Shown piece after piece: positions 41,812 to 53,019 of a stretch of 64,000 nucleotides of DNA. The translations under genes and the position numbers were made by a program. How positions within the stretch are numbered: position 1 is the stretch's first letter; the number at the start of each line of letters is the position of its first letter. The notes under the pieces are model-generated. The model made no database searches and had not been told where the DNA came from. It saw nothing but the letters and a program-made list of their open reading frames with translations. The stretch spans positions 254,943-318,942 of the forward strand of contig CAXNJM010000001.1 of NCBI GenBank assembly GCA_964202895.1. Direction: 5' to 3'. Source of the stretch: Rickettsiales bacterium UBA1997. GTDB taxonomy: Bacteria; Pseudomonadota; Alphaproteobacteria; Rickettsiales; UBA1997.

Positions 41812-42114
41812 TTAAGAGTATAATTGCAAAGTTTTTGTTTTACATTCTTCTATTTTTACAGCAATATCATTAAGAATTGCTCTAACGACTTCAATAGTCT
41901 TTTGAGATTCTCCAGTTTTAATGTATTCTATATAATGAGCAGTAAGTTTATCCGCGCATTCCTCAAGATGCAAAACAATTTCCTCGATCACTAAAAATTG
42001 ATTGACATTTGAATTTTCTTCATTTTCAGCATCAATTCCCTCGATTAATTTATCTGCATAATTATAATATTCCAATATTTCATTATATAATTTTTCTTGC
42101 TTTGAGGTTGCCAT
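41812..42114 (-). CDS. Hypothetical acidic helical protein
   Basis: 100-aa ORF with ATG start, co-oriented and 14 bp upstream of ispB. Confidence 0.7.
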   Translation of the reverse strand: MATSKQEKLYNEILEYYNYADKLIEGIDAENEENSNVNQFLVIEEIVLHLEECADKLTAHYIEYIKTGESQKTIEVVRAILNDIAVKIEECKTKTLQLYS

Positions 42115-42362
42115 TTTATTGGTTTTTATGATTAAAATTTTAATAAAAAAATAAAGTTTTATAAATTGACTCTAATTTTTAGTCTAAAATTGAGAAAAGC
42201 AACAATTTTATCTTTTTTTTTAAAAAAGTTTATATTACAATAATATTTATTCATTTTTTTTGAATTAAAAATACGAAGCAATATTATATCAATTTTTTAA
42301 TATAATCAACATAAATTAGGTAATAATTTTCTTAAAAGAAGAATTTAATCGCTAAATAAAAA

Positions 42363-43622
42363 ATGAAAGATATAAAAACAAAAGTAGAAAAAATCTGCAT
42401 TGATGCTAAAAAAGCAACTGAATCAATTGCCAATCTCGATACATCAATAAAAAATAAGATATTAAACGAAGCAATAAAATTACTCAAGAAAAATACTCAA
42501 AAAATTATTAAATCTAATCAAAAAGATCTAAGAAATGCAAAAGAAAATAATTTATCACTTGCGAAAATCGATAGACTAACTCTTGACGAAACAAGAATTA
42601 GCGCAATAATAAATTCCATAAAAGAAATAATCAAACTTCCCGATCCGGTAGGGAAAATTTTACAAGAAACCTCTCGCGATAACGGACTAAACATCAAGAG
42701 AGTATCTACTCCAATAGGTTCTTTGCTTGCAATATTTGAAGCTAGACCAAATGTCGCAAGCGACATTGCTGCATTAGCAATAAAGTCTGGAAATGTTTCA
42801 ATTTTAAGATGCGGTTCTGATTGTATAAATTCAGCTAAAATTATTGCCGAAATATATCGTGAAGCCCTAGAAATATGCGATGTAAACAAGAATGCAGTAA
42901 TTATTGTTCCAGAAATTGAAAGAGAATATGTGATTGAACTCTTAAAAATGGATCATTATATTGATGTAGTAGTGCCTCGTGGTGGTAAATCATTAATTAA
43001 AGCGGTTATTGAGAATACAAGAATTCCTGTTTTTAAACATCTAGACGGAAACTGCCACACTTATATTCATGAAAAATGCGATTTTGACAAAGCGAGAAAA
43101 ATTGTTCTTAATGCCAAAATGAGGAGAACTGGAATCTGCAGTGCCACAGAATCTTTGCTGATTGACAAAAAAATCTCTAAAAGAATTCTGCCTCTTATAA
43201 CAAGAGATCTAACCTCATCTGGTTGCGAAATTCGTGGCGACAAGGAGTCTTGTGAAATTGACAAAAAAATTAAACTTGCTGACGAGCAAGATTTTTATAC
43301 TGAATTTCTTGATAAAATAATATCAGTCAAAATAGTTAAAGACTTGGATGAAGCAATTAAACATATTGCTATTTATGGATCATCTCATACCGAAAGCATA
43401 ATTACCGAAGACAAAAAATCTGCTACAGAATTTTTACAAAGAGTAAATTCAGCAATTGTAATGCATAACACTTCAACACAATTTGCAGATGGCGGAGAAT
43501 TTGGACTTGGGGCGGAAGTAGGAATTTCAACAGGCAAAATTCATGCTCGCGGTCCCGTAGGCCTAGAGCAGTTAACCACTTATAAATATATAGTTGAATC
43601 AAATTGCGGATTAAGAAAATAA
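42363..43622 (+). CDS. proA: Gamma-glutamyl phosphate reductase
   Basis: EARPNV, PRGG, G.C.A.E, N.ST.FADG.EFG.GAE.GIST and HARGPVGL motifs. Confidence 0.97.
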   Translation: MKDIKTKVEKICIDAKKATESIANLDTSIKNKILNEAIKLLKKNTQKIIKSNQKDLRNAKENNLSLAKIDRLTLDETRISAIINSIKEIIKLPDPVGKILQETSRDNGLNIKRVSTPIGSLLAIFEARPNVASDIAALAIKSGNVSILRCGSDCINSAKIIAEIYREALEICDVNKNAVIIVPEIEREYVIELLKMDHYIDVVVPRGGKSLIKAVIENTRIPVFKHLDGNCHTYIHEKCDFDKARKIVLNAKMRRTGICSATESLLIDKKISKRILPLITRDLTSSGCEIRGDKESCEIDKKIKLADEQDFYTEFLDKIISVKIVKDLDEAIKHIAIYGSSHTESIITEDKKSATEFLQRVNSAIVMHNTSTQFADGGEFGLGAEVGISTGKIHARGPVGLEQLTTYKYIVESNCGLRK

Positions 43623-43814
43623 CTCACGATTGTAAATATTAAAAAAAATAGTTGATTTTTATTTTTCAAAAATTAATTTTACTTCGTTTTTTAGAGACTA
43701 TAAGTTTATTACTCAAAATTAATTATCTTTATAGCAATTATTTGTTTGAAAAAATCATTAATTAGCAGATAAATTAACTAAATTCATATTTAATCTGTAT
43801 TAGTAAAATTAAAA

Positions 43815-44363
43815 ATGCCAAAAGTTTCCATTGTTGCAAAAAATTACGCCAAAGCACTTTTTAACAGTGCAAAAAAGCATAGCGTTCTTGAGTCAGTTTT
43901 TAAAGAACTAGAATCATTTCGCGATAATTTTAATAACAGTTTTGCCAATGAGCTTAAAAACCCTGTTATTTCAAGACAAGATATCGAAAAAATAATGACA
44001 GAGATATCGCAAAAATTTAACTTCAGTAAAATTACAACTGAATTTTTTGTTACCTTATCAAAGAATCATCGATTAAATCTTTTTCCAGAAATATACCAAG
44101 AATTTAATCGTTTAATAAAAAATCAATCAAAAATAATTTCTGCAGAGCTAATATCTGCCGAAAAAATGATTGATGAACAAATAGAGCAAATAAAATCAAT
44201 CATTTCCAAGAAATATCCCGATAAAACAATAGAAATTATTGAAAAAATTAATAAAAACCTGATTGGCGGGTTTCAAATCAAAATAGATTCCGTTATTATT
44301 GATGCAAGCACTAAAAACGAAATCTCTTTAATCAACGAAAAACTACTTAAAACATTAAATTAA
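43815..44363 (+). CDS. atpH: ATP synthase delta subunit
   Basis: [10 protein letters not shown] and LIGG...I...IDAS; directly upstream of atpA. Confidence 0.92.
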   Translation: MPKVSIVAKNYAKALFNSAKKHSVLESVFKELESFRDNFNNSFANELKNPVISRQDIEKIMTEISQKFNFSKITTEFFVTLSKNHRLNLFPEIYQEFNRLIKNQSKIISAELISAEKMIDEQIEQIKSIISKKYPDKTIEIIEKINKNLIGGFQIKIDSVIIDASTKNEISLINEKLLKTLN

Positions 44364-44371
44364 CTAAAAAT

Positions 44372-45937
44372 ATGAACTTTAAAGCTTCAGAATTCTCACA
44401 AATTTTACAAAAAACAATCAACAATTTTCAAAGTTCCGCTCAATTAAAAGAAGTTGGAGAAGTAATAAAAGTAGGAGACGGCATAGCCACAGTATACGGA
44501 TTAGACAACATACAAGCTGGTGAATTAGTTGAGTTTGAGGCAATTAATGATAACGGAGTAAATGAACCAGTTAAAGGAATTGCACTTAATTTAGAGTCAG
44601 AAAGCGTTGGTATAGTTATCTTTGGAGATTCTCAAAAAATTAAAGAAGGCTCTAATGTTAAAAGAACCGGTAAAATTATTGAAGTTCCAGTAGGAATGGG
44701 AATGCTTGGCAGGGTTGTTGATGCTCTTGGAAACCCAATAGATTGCAAAGGGCCCCTACAAAATGTTGAATATAAAAGATTGGAAGTAAAAGCCCCTGGT
44801 ATAGTTGCAAGAAAATCAGTCGGTGAACCTATGCAAACTGGCATTAAATCGATTGATTCGCTTATACCAATTGGCAGAGGTCAAAGAGAGTTGATAATTG
44901 GCGATCGCCAAACTGGAAAAACTGCAATAGTTATCGATAGCTTTATAAATCAAGTAAAAACTAACCAAAATGCAAAAAGCGACAAAGAAAAATTATTTTG
45001 TATTTATGTCGCAATAGGTCAAAAAAGATCAACAGTTGCCCAAATGGTAAAAACCCTTGAAGAGGCTGGAGCCCTAGAATATTCAATAATTGTCTCAGCA
45101 ACTGCATCAGAAGCATCGGCCTTACAATTTTTTGCCCCTTATACAGGTTGTGCAATTGGAGAATTCTTCCGCGATAACTCAATGCATGCAGTAATTGCAT
45201 ATGATGACCTTAGTAAACATGCGGTTGCATACCGCGAAATGTCTCTATTGCTTCGTCGCCCACCAGGAAGAGAGGCATATCCCGGAGATGTATTTTATGT
45301 ACACTCTCGTTTATTAGAAAGAGCCGCAAAAATGTCTGATGCTCTAGGAGGAGGATCTCTAACCGCACTACCAATAATTGAAACACAAGCAGGAGACGTG
45401 TCTGCCTATATCCCAACCAATGTAATATCGATTACTGATGGACAAATATTTTTAGAAACAGAATTGTTTTACAAAGGTATTAAACCTGCAGTAAATGTTG
45501 GCTTATCGGTTTCTAGAGTTGGTTCAGCTGCCCAAATTAAAGCAATGAAGCAGGTAGCTGGAACAATAAAGCTAGATCTAGCACAATTTCGTGAATTAGA
45601 AGCATTTGCACAATTCGGTTCAGATCTTGATCCAGCAACTCAAAAACTTCTTGATAAAGGAAAAAAGCTAACTGAATTATTAAAACAAGAACAATATAAA
45701 CCAATTGCGGTTGAAGAACAGGTTGTGACCATCTACACTGGAGTTAAAGGCTATCTTGACAAAGTCAACTTAAAAGATGTTAATAGATTTGAAAAAGAAT
45801 TTATTAGAAAAATCAAAATTTCTCAACCGGATATTTTAGAAAAAATAAAAGAGGAGCAAAAAATATCAGACTCCGTTGAGTTAAGGTTAAAATCTTTTTT
45901 AGAAGAATTCTTAGAAATATTCCTTAACCAAAACTAG
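44372..45937 (+). CDS. atpA: ATP synthase alpha subunit
   Basis: GDRQTGKT and [15 protein letters not shown] motifs. Confidence 0.99.
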   Translation: MNFKASEFSQILQKTINNFQSSAQLKEVGEVIKVGDGIATVYGLDNIQAGELVEFEAINDNGVNEPVKGIALNLESESVGIVIFGDSQKIKEGSNVKRTGKIIEVPVGMGMLGRVVDALGNPIDCKGPLQNVEYKRLEVKAPGIVARKSVGEPMQTGIKSIDSLIPIGRGQRELIIGDRQTGKTAIVIDSFINQVKTNQNAKSDKEKLFCIYVAIGQKRSTVAQMVKTLEEAGALEYSIIVSATASEASALQFFAPYTGCAIGEFFRDNSMHAVIAYDDLSKHAVAYREMSLLLRRPPGREAYPGDVFYVHSRLLERAAKMSDALGGGSLTALPIIETQAGDVSAYIPTNVISITDGQIFLETELFYKGIKPAVNVGLSVSRVGSAAQIKAMKQVAGTIKLDLAQFRELEAFAQFGSDLDPATQKLLDKGKKLTELLKQEQYKPIAVEEQVVTIYTGVKGYLDKVNLKDVNRFEKEFIRKIKISQPDILEKIKEEQKISDSVELRLKSFLEEFLEIFLNQN

Positions 45938-45950
45938 TAATATTTTTAAA

Positions 45951-46844
45951 ATGGCAAACCTTAAATCTCTAAAAACTAGAATTAAATCAGTGAAATCTAC
46001 TCAAAAGATGACAAAAGCCATGAAAATGGTTGCAGCATCTCGTCTTAGAAAAGCAAGAACTGCCGTTGAATCTTCTCGTCCCTATATTAATAAAATTAGC
46101 GAAATGCTAAATGATATTGCTGGCAATATTATTTTAGAAGGTTCGGAATCAGAATTTCCATTACTAACAGGCAATAAAGAGTCAAAAACTCATTTATTAA
46201 TAGTTTTGTCATCGGATAGAGGTTTGTGTGGTGGTCTCAATGGCTCTACCGCCAAATTGGTAAAATCTCGTATTTCCAAATTAAAATCAGAAAATAAAGA
46301 TATCAAAGTTTTATTTGTTGGTAAAAAAGCTTATGAACTACTAAAGACAACCCATAAAGAACATATAATAAAAACAATAAACGGTGCATTTCGTAGTGCG
46401 GTGCAATTTAATCAAGCTCAAGAAATTGCAAATGAAGTAATTCAAATGTTTACAGAAAGTCAATTTGATGTTTGCGAAATTATTTACAGCGAATTTAAGT
46501 CTGCAATCAATCAAGAGCAAAAGTATCAACAGTTGATACCACTAGAAATAAATCTAAACAAAAAAACTGAAGATAAAGAAGAAGATTTTTCCCCAATATG
46601 TTATGAACCTAATCAAGAAGTAATTTTAAATGAATTATTGCCAAAAAATATTGCTATTCAAATTTACAGTAGAATGTTAGAAAACTTTGCCTCCGAACAA
46701 GGAGCAAGAATGTCTGCCATGGAATCTGCAACAAACAATGCTGGAAAAATGATAAAAAATCTTACATTAGTTTATAATCGTACCCGTCAAGCAAATATCA
46801 CGAAGGAACTAATCGACATTATTTCTGGTGCTAATTCTGTATAA
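45951..46844 (+). CDS. atpG: ATP synthase gamma subunit
   Basis: TKAMKMVAA, SDRGLCG, SEQGARM.AM and RQA.IT.EL motifs. Confidence 0.98.
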   Translation: MANLKSLKTRIKSVKSTQKMTKAMKMVAASRLRKARTAVESSRPYINKISEMLNDIAGNIILEGSESEFPLLTGNKESKTHLLIVLSSDRGLCGGLNGSTAKLVKSRISKLKSENKDIKVLFVGKKAYELLKTTHKEHIIKTINGAFRSAVQFNQAQEIANEVIQMFTESQFDVCEIIYSEFKSAINQEQKYQQLIPLEINLNKKTEDKEEDFSPICYEPNQEVILNELLPKNIAIQIYSRMLENFASEQGARMSAMESATNNAGKMIKNLTLVYNRTRQANITKELIDIISGANSV

Positions 46845-46874
46845 TACCCAAATATCAGACAATTAAACCATCGA

Positions 46875-47450
46875 ATGATTTTACTAATCGATAATTACGA
46901 CAGCTTTACTTTTAATCTTTATCACTATGCTTTAGAAGTTGGTAATCAAGAGGTGTTAGTCAAAAGAAATGACAAAATATCAATTGCCGAAATATCAGAA
47001 ATTAATCCGGAATCAATAATTCTATCTCCAGGCCCTTGCACTCCAAACGAAGCTGGAATATGTCTTGATGTTATTAGGAATTTTAAAGATAAAATACCTA
47101 TTTTAGGGGTTTGTCTTGGGCACCAATCAATAGGACAAGCATTTGGTGGCAAAATCATCAAAACACATCCTATGCACGGAAAAGTGAGTAAAATTAACCA
47201 TAATCAAAAAGGTTTATTTAAAGATATACCGTCTCCCTTCGAAGCAACCCGTTATCACTCATTAATTATTGAAAAATCAACCTGCCCTACAGAAATTGAA
47301 ATTACAGCAACAACTGAAGATGGAACAATAATGGCAATAGAACATAAAAAACATAAAATATTTGGAGTTCAATTTCATCCAGAGTCAATATTATCAGAAT
47401 TTGGGCACCAAATAATAAAAAACTTTTTCACCATTTCAAAAACTAAATAA
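46875..47450 (+). CDS. Anthranilate/aminodeoxychorismate synthase component II (TrpG/PabA glutaminase)
   Basis: IDNYDSFT.NL, SPGPC, GVCLGHQ, TRYHSL and QFHPES motifs. Confidence 0.93.
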   Translation: MILLIDNYDSFTFNLYHYALEVGNQEVLVKRNDKISIAEISEINPESIILSPGPCTPNEAGICLDVIRNFKDKIPILGVCLGHQSIGQAFGGKIIKTHPMHGKVSKINHNQKGLFKDIPSPFEATRYHSLIIEKSTCPTEIEITATTEDGTIMAIEHKKHKIFGVQFHPESILSEFGHQIIKNFFTISKTK

Positions 47451-47610
47451 TAAAATAGTTTTTATTTTATGTTATTAATGCTTATTTTTACAGCTTAATT
47501 TGGTAAGGTTTTTTTAAGTTTTTTATGAATTTTGGTTGTAGTTTTTGTGTTTTAGGCAACCGCGGAATCAGACATCCCTAACTCTTTCTCATTGTTATTA
47601 TTTTTAGCTC

Positions 47611-47677
47611 CGTCATCCCGACGGAAAGTCGGGATCCAGCTTTCTTTTTCTGGGTGCCGTTTTGCAACGGCATGACG
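47611..47677. repeat. GC-rich RPE/REP-like palindromic element between convergent genes
   Basis: CGTCAT-CCCGAC ggaaa GTCGGG-atCCAG...CTGGgt-GCCGTT ttgc AACGGC-ATGACG: nested hairpins closed by CGTCAT/ATGACG. Confidence 0.8.
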
Positions 47678-47766
47678 AGTGTTTTAGGTGGTCGTGGGAT
47701 TGGCATTGACGGGTCCCTTTCCCCCCAGTTTATTTGTTCATTATTTCTTGAAAAACCCCTGAAAAA

Positions 47767-48423
47767 CTATGGAGATAAAGGGTTTGGAGCTGGATTTTTA
47801 GAGGTTATATTACTAATCTCGACAATATAACTAACATTAGAAGTTATGCTTTGATGAAGAATATAATCAAAGTTAAATATTTTTTTAGCATCTTGCAGCT
47901 CTGATTCAAAATTTTTTCCCTTTAAAAAAAGGCAATAACCATCTTTATTTAATAATTTAAGACTATATTCAAGTAATTTTTCTAAAGATGCCAAAGCACG
48001 AGAAATTATACAATCAAACGGAAATTGATTTATTTCTTCGATTTTACGATTATGAACTGTTATTTTGTTCTTCGATATTTTTCTTGCCAACCTTAAAAAT
48101 TCACATTTACGAAATGATTTTTCGATTAGATGAATCTCTTTTATTCCTGCTATTGATAAAACCAAACCCGGCAAACCAGCGCCACATCCAAGATCTGCAA
48201 ATTTATGATTTTCGCTTTTTATAAATTTAAATAACTGTATAGAATCAACAATATGGCGATTCCATATATCTTCAGTAGTTGATTTTCCAATTAAATTGAC
48301 TTTTTTATTTTCTTCAATTAATAAATCAACAAACTCTTCAAGATAATTTTTACTTGATTCGTCAATGATTTTAAATTTTTCTATCTCGGCAAATGCCTGC
48401 TCTTTTTTTGTAATAATATTCAT
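47767..48423 (-). CDS. rsmG: 16S rRNA m7G527 methyltransferase
   Basis: NLIG, W.RHI.DS, DLG.GAGLPG, SRA and LKG motifs. Confidence 0.94.
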   Translation of the reverse strand: MNIITKKEQAFAEIEKFKIIDESSKNYLEEFVDLLIEENKKVNLIGKSTTEDIWNRHIVDSIQLFKFIKSENHKFADLGCGAGLPGLVLSIAGIKEIHLIEKSFRKCEFLRLARKISKNKITVHNRKIEEINQFPFDCIISRALASLEKLLEYSLKLLNKDGYCLFLKGKNFESELQDAKKIFNFDYILHQSITSNVSYIVEISNITSKNPAPNPLSP

Positions 48424-48425
48424 TT

Positions 48426-49715
48426 TTAATATGATATTTTAATATCCGCACCGCAAGAAATAAGTTTTTCTGCTAATCTTTCATAGCCTCTCTCTAAATG
48501 ATGAAGTTGAGTAATTGTTGTTTCGCCATTAGCAACAAGAGCGGCAAGAACCAAACAAACCGATGCCCTTAAGTCAGTTGCCATAACTTCAGCGCCATTA
48601 AGATTCTTAACCCCTTTAACTATAGCAATTTTACCTCTAATTTCGATATCAGCCCCCATTCTTGCTAGTTCAGAGATATGCATAAAACGATTTTCAAAAA
48701 TATTTTCTTCAATTACAGATGTTCCATCAGCAACAGCCATTAGAGCCATAAATTGAGCTTGCATGTCAGTAGGAAAGCCTGGGAAAGGACTAGTAGAAAT
48801 ATTGATTGATTTAATTTTTGAAGAAACTCTTTTTACCTCAATTTCATCTTTAGAAATTTGAGTTAATAAACCACCAGAAGCTTCTAAATCTTCTTTTAAA
48901 CCACTAAATAGCCACGGCTCAATATTTTGCAATATAATTTTACCATTAGTAATTAAAGATGCAATTGCATAGGTTCCCGCCTCAATTCTATCTGCAATCA
49001 CTTTATGTTTGGTTCCGCTTAATTTATCGACTCCGACTATTTTTATTTGAGGAGTTCCTGCTCCAACTATTTTTGCACCCATTGCATTAAGGCATTTTGC
49101 CAAATCGATAATTTCTGGTTCACAGGCTGCATTATTGATTACGGTTTCACCTACCGCAAGCGAAGCCGCCATTATTGTATTTTCAGTTGCTCCTACTGAT
49201 ATTTTTTCAAAATGAATTTCTGCTCCTTTAAGCCTACCGTTAACAGATGCTTCTATATAACCACCCACTAATTCTATTTTTGCACCTAATTTTTCCATTG
49301 CTTTAAGATGCAAATCAACGGGCCTAGTTCCAATAGCGCAACCCCCCGGAAGAGAAACCCTAGCTTTACCAACTCTAGCTAGCAATGGCCCCAGAATAAA
49401 TATTGAGGCTCGCATTTTGCAAACTAGATCGTATGAAGCAACAGGATTATTTATTTCAATTGCCTGTAATTTCATAACTCTGCCTTGATGACCTTCATCA
49501 GATTCAGAGCCATCTAAAAAAACTTCTACCCCTATTGAACCAAGTAAGGTAGCCATGTTCGCTATATCGGAAACTTGAGGAATATTGGTTAAGATTAAAG
49601 GTTCTTCGGTTAATATCGAAGCAACCATCAATGGCAACGTTGCATTTTTTGCTCCCGCAATTGCAATTTTACCAAATAGGCCTTTATTGTTGCCAGTAAT
49701 TATTAATTTTTTCAT
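48426..49715 (-). CDS. murA: UDP-N-acetylglucosamine 1-carboxyvinyltransferase
   Basis: GAKNA, MRAS, LPGGCAIG.RP, DRIEAGT and PGFPTD.Q motifs. Confidence 0.98.
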   Translation of the reverse strand: MKKLIITGNNKGLFGKIAIAGAKNATLPLMVASILTEEPLILTNIPQVSDIANMATLLGSIGVEVFLDGSESDEGHQGRVMKLQAIEINNPVASYDLVCKMRASIFILGPLLARVGKARVSLPGGCAIGTRPVDLHLKAMEKLGAKIELVGGYIEASVNGRLKGAEIHFEKISVGATENTIMAASLAVGETVINNAACEPEIIDLAKCLNAMGAKIVGAGTPQIKIVGVDKLSGTKHKVIADRIEAGTYAIASLITNGKIILQNIEPWLFSGLKEDLEASGGLLTQISKDEIEVKRVSSKIKSINISTSPFPGFPTDMQAQFMALMAVADGTSVIEENIFENRFMHISELARMGADIEIRGKIAIVKGVKNLNGAEVMATDLRASVCLVLAALVANGETTITQLHHLERGYERLAEKLISCGADIKISY

Positions 49716-49719
49716 TCAT

Positions 49720-51192
49720 CTATTCGTAGTTGTCGACAATAAATTGGTTTAAGAGTCGCAATCCAAAACCAGTTGCTCCTTTAATAGCAAAACTATCACC
49801 CTTACCTTTCCAAGCTACTCCAGCTATATCTAGATGAGCCCACTTTGTTTCATTCTTTGTTTCATTTTCTTTATCAACAATGAATCTTTTCAGAAATTGG
49901 GCGGCGGTTATACTTCCTGCGCCTCTGCCACTGCCAACATTTTTCATATCCGCAATATCAGAATTTATCATCTCGTCGTAGGCATCGCCAAGAGGCATTC
50001 TCCAGAGGTTTTCTTCTGTTTTTAAACCAGCACTTATAAGCTGTTTAGAGAGATTATCATCGTTAGAAAACATTCCCCCGTAAATATCTGACAAAGATAC
50101 AACTATTGCACCAGTTAAGGTGGCTAAATCGACAATTAATTCAGGATTAAATTTAGTTTTAGTGTAATATAAGGCATCGGCAAGAACTAATCTACCTTCT
50201 GCATCGGTATTGATTATCTCAATAGTTTGACCAGACATTGATTTTACGACATCCCCCGGTCTTTGAGCATTGCCAGAAGGCATATTTTCAACCAAACCAA
50301 CTACTCCAATAGCATTTACTTTTGCCTTTCTTTGAGCGAGAAGACGAAGCAAACCAACAACTACAGCGGAACCAGCCATATCAGTTTTCATATCCTCCAT
50401 ATTGTTTGCTGGTTTTAGAGATATTCCTCCTGTATCGAAAGTTACTCCCTTACCAACGAAAGCAAGTGGAGCACTGCCTTTTTTTCCGCCATTCCATTTT
50501 AAAACTATCAATTGTGATTTTTTGTCACTACCTTGACCAACTCCTAGCAATGCATTCATACCTAGTTTTGCCATCTGCTTTTCATCGAGAATTTCTACCT
50601 CTAGACCTTCTTGCTCTAATTCTTTGCATATTTCAGCATAAGATTCTGGATGAAGCTTGTTAGCAGGCTCAGAAACAAGATCCCTAACAAAAAAGACATT
50701 ATTAGCAATAGTTTCAAATGATTTAAAGCTTGATTTTGCAGAAACGACATTATCAACGATAATATTTACGACTTCAACTTTTAGTTCTTTATCTGTTTTT
50801 TTACTAGAAAAATATTGATTAAATCTGTAGCTTTGTAATTTTATACCAAAAACAATATTCATAATTTGAATTTCAGTAAAACTACAATCGTTATTTATAT
50901 CAAGAACACTGAATTTATTACTATTTGCAAAGGAAAAAATTTTCGCTCCTAATTTTTGCAACGATAAATCGGTTATTTTTTTATCCGAACCAGCTCCAGC
51001 AATGGCTGTAATATTTTCTTCATTTGGGATGAAGTTCATTTGACCAAATTTAGCAGTAAAATTAAAATTATCTTTTGCATTTTTTACAAGTTTATTCTTA
51101 CTCTTAGCTATATTTTCTTCGCTTACGATTAGTAATTTTATAGTGTTTTTAGAGTTTTTCGATATTTTATCTTTAATAAAATTGATTTTCAT
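49720..51192 (-). CDS. pepA: Leucyl aminopeptidase (M17)
   Basis: GKGVTFDTGG, MK.DM.G, NTDAEGRL and ATLTGA motifs. Confidence 0.97.
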   Translation of the reverse strand: MKINFIKDKISKNSKNTIKLLIVSEENIAKSKNKLVKNAKDNFNFTAKFGQMNFIPNEENITAIAGAGSDKKITDLSLQKLGAKIFSFANSNKFSVLDINNDCSFTEIQIMNIVFGIKLQSYRFNQYFSSKKTDKELKVEVVNIIVDNVVSAKSSFKSFETIANNVFFVRDLVSEPANKLHPESYAEICKELEQEGLEVEILDEKQMAKLGMNALLGVGQGSDKKSQLIVLKWNGGKKGSAPLAFVGKGVTFDTGGISLKPANNMEDMKTDMAGSAVVVGLLRLLAQRKAKVNAIGVVGLVENMPSGNAQRPGDVVKSMSGQTIEIINTDAEGRLVLADALYYTKTKFNPELIVDLATLTGAIVVSLSDIYGGMFSNDDNLSKQLISAGLKTEENLWRMPLGDAYDEMINSDIADMKNVGSGRGAGSITAAQFLKRFIVDKENETKNETKWAHLDIAGVAWKGKGDSFAIKGATGFGLRLLNQFIVDNYE

Positions 51193-51351
51193 TTTAGTAA
51201 AATTTTAATTTGATTAATTAGAAAGGGCTTAAAGCGGTAGAAATTTAATCTAATAATTTTAAAAACAAAGTAATTTATTGACTTTTTTAGAATTAAATTA
51301 AAATGTCCCTTACATAATGTCTTTATATTTTACAATTTTATTAAAAACAAA

Positions 51352-52866
51352 ATGCAAGAGCTAAAAGAAAAATCTTTGATAATACTTGATTGCGACCTAA
51401 GAATAAACGATAATCCAGCTTTATTCAATGGCATCAAAAATCATCAAGAAGCGATAATATTATTTATTCTTGATGAAAAAAATAAAAGAGAAATTGGCTC
51501 GGCTAGCAAGTGGTTCTTGCATCACTCGTTATTAAAAATACAAAAAGAATTAAAGAATCATTCTCTCGATTTATGGTTCGCTAAAGGAGATTCATTAACG
51601 ATAATTAATGGCATTACAGATAAATATCAAGTCTCAAACATTTACTTCAATCAACATTTAGAGCCATACAACCTAAAGCTAGGTGAGAAATTAATTAATT
51701 TTGCTAAAGAAAATAACATCAAAATTTATAATTTTCATCATCAAACAATTTTTGAAAAAGATTTAATTAAAAATAAATCAGGAGAATATTTCAAAGTATT
51801 TACTCCTTTTTGGAAAAATTGCCTAGAAAATATTGATAAAATAAATACACTAACTCCTTGCATTAGTAAGATTGAACATAAAGCAAAAAATGCCATTTTT
51901 AAAAACACAACCCCTGAAATAATTGATAAAAATATCGATTATTTAGATCTATTACCAAAAAAAGAATGGGCAAATAATTTCGTTGATTACTGGAAATTTT
52001 CATCAGAAGAAATTAACACAGATTTTGATAAATTTTTAAAAGAAAAATCTTTTTCTTACGATCAAAATAGAAATTTACCCTTTATTGATGGAACCTCAAA
52101 ATTATCTCCCCATCTACATTTTGGAACTATTTCACCTTTAGAAATATTCATTAAGGCAATTAAATATAAGAAAGAAAAAAATTCACTCGACAATAAGGGT
52201 ATAGATTGCTTTATTAGCGAAATAGGATGGCGTGAATTTTCCTATTATTTACTACAAAATTTTCCAGATCTCCACCAAAAACCTTTTAAAGATAATTTTA
52301 ATAATTTTCCGTGGCTTGAAAATCAAGAGCAAAAAAATATTTTATTAAAAAAATGGCAAAAAGGTCAAACGGGGTTTCCAATAATTGATGCTGGCATGAT
52401 GGAACTATGGAAAACTGGCTGGATGCACAATAGAGTTAGAATGATAGTGGCATCATTTTTGATAAAAGATCTATTGATAAATTGGCTAGATGGCGAAAAA
52501 TGGTTTTGGGATTGTCTAGTTGATGCAGATCTGGCAAGCAATTCTGCTAGTTGGCAATGGGTAGCAGGCTGTGGGGCTGATGCGGCACCATATTTTAGAA
52601 TATTCAACCCAACATTACAAGGTGAAAAATTTGACCCCAATGGTGATTATGTTAAAAAATGGCTACCGCAATTAAAATCATTACCGAATCATTTAATTCA
52701 CAAACCTTGGAGTGCAACCAAAATTGAATTAGCTCTTTATAATTTAACACTAGGAAAGGACTACCCGCTACCAATAGTTGATCACGACAAAGCAAGAAAA
52801 ATAGCTTTAGAAGCAATAAAAAAGTTAACAATATCAACAAAACAAATCACGGATATTGTTAAGTGA
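51352..52866 (+). CDS. phrB: Deoxyribodipyrimidine photolyase
   Basis: DLR..DN.AL, TSKLSPHLHFG, WREF, GWMHNR.RM, WQWVAG.G.DAAPYFRIFNP motifs. Confidence 0.94.
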   Translation: MQELKEKSLIILDCDLRINDNPALFNGIKNHQEAIILFILDEKNKREIGSASKWFLHHSLLKIQKELKNHSLDLWFAKGDSLTIINGITDKYQVSNIYFNQHLEPYNLKLGEKLINFAKENNIKIYNFHHQTIFEKDLIKNKSGEYFKVFTPFWKNCLENIDKINTLTPCISKIEHKAKNAIFKNTTPEIIDKNIDYLDLLPKKEWANNFVDYWKFSSEEINTDFDKFLKEKSFSYDQNRNLPFIDGTSKLSPHLHFGTISPLEIFIKAIKYKKEKNSLDNKGIDCFISEIGWREFSYYLLQNFPDLHQKPFKDNFNNFPWLENQEQKNILLKKWQKGQTGFPIIDAGMMELWKTGWMHNRVRMIVASFLIKDLLINWLDGEKWFWDCLVDADLASNSASWQWVAGCGADAAPYFRIFNPTLQGEKFDPNGDYVKKWLPQLKSLPNHLIHKPWSATKIELALYNLTLGKDYPLPIVDHDKARKIALEAIKKLTISTKQITDIVK

Positions 52867-53019
52867 TCATTCAATAATAATTCCCATTCTGAAGCAGAAA
52901 ATTTATTTAGAATAGTTTTGTATCATTAATTGTTGTTTATATTTTTATTATTATATTGTAATTTTATGACTTTTATAAGCTGACTTGTACTCATCTTAAT
53001 TAAATTTTTTGTAAAAAAC

